Part shown: piece after piece, positions 62,757 to 64,000 of the stretch
Numbering within the stretch: position 1 is the first letter of the stretch
Layout of the letters: the number at the start of each line of letters is the position of its first letter
DNA from: Lingula anatina
Taxonomy: Eukaryota; Animalia; Brachiopoda
Direction of reading: 5' to 3'
Length of the DNA: 64,000 bases
Assembly (NCBI GenBank): GCA_051362555.1
Contig: CM120641.1
Span: forward strand, 33,610,401 to 33,674,400
The notes under the pieces: model-generated
Database searches by the model: none
What the model was told of the DNA's origin: nothing
The model's input: the letters and a program-made list of their open reading frames with translations, nothing else
Program-made: the position numbers and the translations under genes

Positions 62757-64000
62757 AATTGCATATGAGGTCCATGTTATTTGTGAAATTCAATTTATTT
62801 TATTAAACCGCTGACACTCCGTCTTGCATACTTTTATTAAACTGAGGTAAACAATGCCCGTTACCTTTACAAGTCCTATCTTAATCATCCATCTAACTGG
62901 AACTTCCTTTACCTCTTAATTAGAGGGTTAAATGGCATTCAGTTTGTCTTGCTTGTATTGAACGTACTCTCTATCTAAGCTTTACTCCAGTTATCTCAGG
63001 TAAAAATCTACCTGTGTGTTAGTTACAAAGCGCAGCTCCCGTAGACCTGGGGGTACTAGATAAAATCTGAACACCAGGTTTATCGAGGAGCTAGAGAAAG
63101 AAAGGAAGAATTTTTCCTGCACAACTTCATAGGAATTTTAACATGGACTTGATCCAGCTTAGACCTCCAAACTAACAGGGTGACATGGGCAATTTTCACA
63201 AATAAATCATAAAACTATATTTCAGTTAACCGCCTTTAAAATAAATATACCGTTCTGGGTAAATTAAAATAGTTATTAAATCGCGAGAATATTTTTGACT
63301 TAAATGATGATTTTATTATTAATGGAAATTGAGCTACTATATGAGGTACATTTGCTGTGATTACGCTGTCCTTCATGCTTTGCGTAAGTCTACATTTTGC
63401 TGTATGTGCTTGTAATTTTTTTAAATATGTGCGTACAATTTTTGCAGGTCTGGTTACCCCCCTGTTATGTGATGAGAGTATAAATTTGGCAATTAGTTCC
63501 TTAGCTTATTTTAATAGAATTGCAGTGTAAAATTTTCAACAAGATGTTGGCAAAATAGCCCATTACTCTTTGTAGGTATTTCCCCCGTCAAAGTTTGTCT
63601 AAAATTATCTTTCAATCTTTACTCTTTCAAAGACAGTATAAAGTTACCTGACATATTTTCGTGTAAACTTAATGACAAGCCAAGTATCTCCAGTTCATTC
63701 CGTACTCAATTTTACCCAAGCAAATTTTTTTCTTGAGTAGATCTTTATAGCACGGTGTTATAAGCTTACAAATTTGCAAAAAAAAAAATTGCGTACTGAC
63801 GCAGAATTTGCGTTTCAAGTTATAAAATAATCAATCTTTTAAATTATTTAATATTTCAGATGAAATAATCTTCAGAAACAAATCCTCAAAACATAAACGA
63901 ATTAGGATAACAAACCATTTTATTACAGCAGTTCCCATTTTTTCTTTAATATAACGCTCTTTTTCCTGTTTTTCCTCAACACGTTTTCTTCCACGGAAGC
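62757..64000 (-). mobile_element. Family F copy 3 (inverted, very close to copy 1, runs off the window)
   Basis: Reverse complement of ~6093-7340 with few differences by eye. Confidence 0.9.

Noticed and set aside
1-64000. Autonomous Helentron Rep/helicase, intact transposase, RT, tRNA or rRNA genes
   Set aside because: There is no long ORF (maximum 159 aa, repeat-derived) and no recognisable HUH, helicase, RT or structural-RNA motifs were seen.

Overview
AT-rich, repeat-dense animal genomic DNA, probably from a marine invertebrate (inferred from the repeat types; the species cannot be identified). There is no prokaryotic operon, CRISPR array, rRNA or tRNA. Most of the window is nested transposon sequence. 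Three families of non-autonomous Helentron/HINE ('pearl'/DINE-1-like) elements are present: family A has a 146-bp internal satellite carrying a nuclear-receptor DR1 motif, family C has ~160-bp and ~335-bp internal units and repeatedly inserts into itself, and family D is small. Also present are three TTAA-flanked Kolobok-like families, Harbinger and hAT MITEs, a full-length Tc1 element with a dead transposase, a Penelope fragment (GIY-YIG plus hammerhead-like cores), and L2, L1/Tx1 and DIRS-like remnants. The best host-gene evidence is on the minus strand: an open TSP1-type exon resembling the first TSP1 repeat of semaphorin-5 (28123-28251) and three open phase-1 micro-exons (20261-20881). Most ORFs in the supplied track are artefacts of the tandem arrays. 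The least explained segment is 42655-45072, where a family-A Helentron terminus is attached to unrelated coding-like cargo. All family assignments are by eye and need database confirmation.
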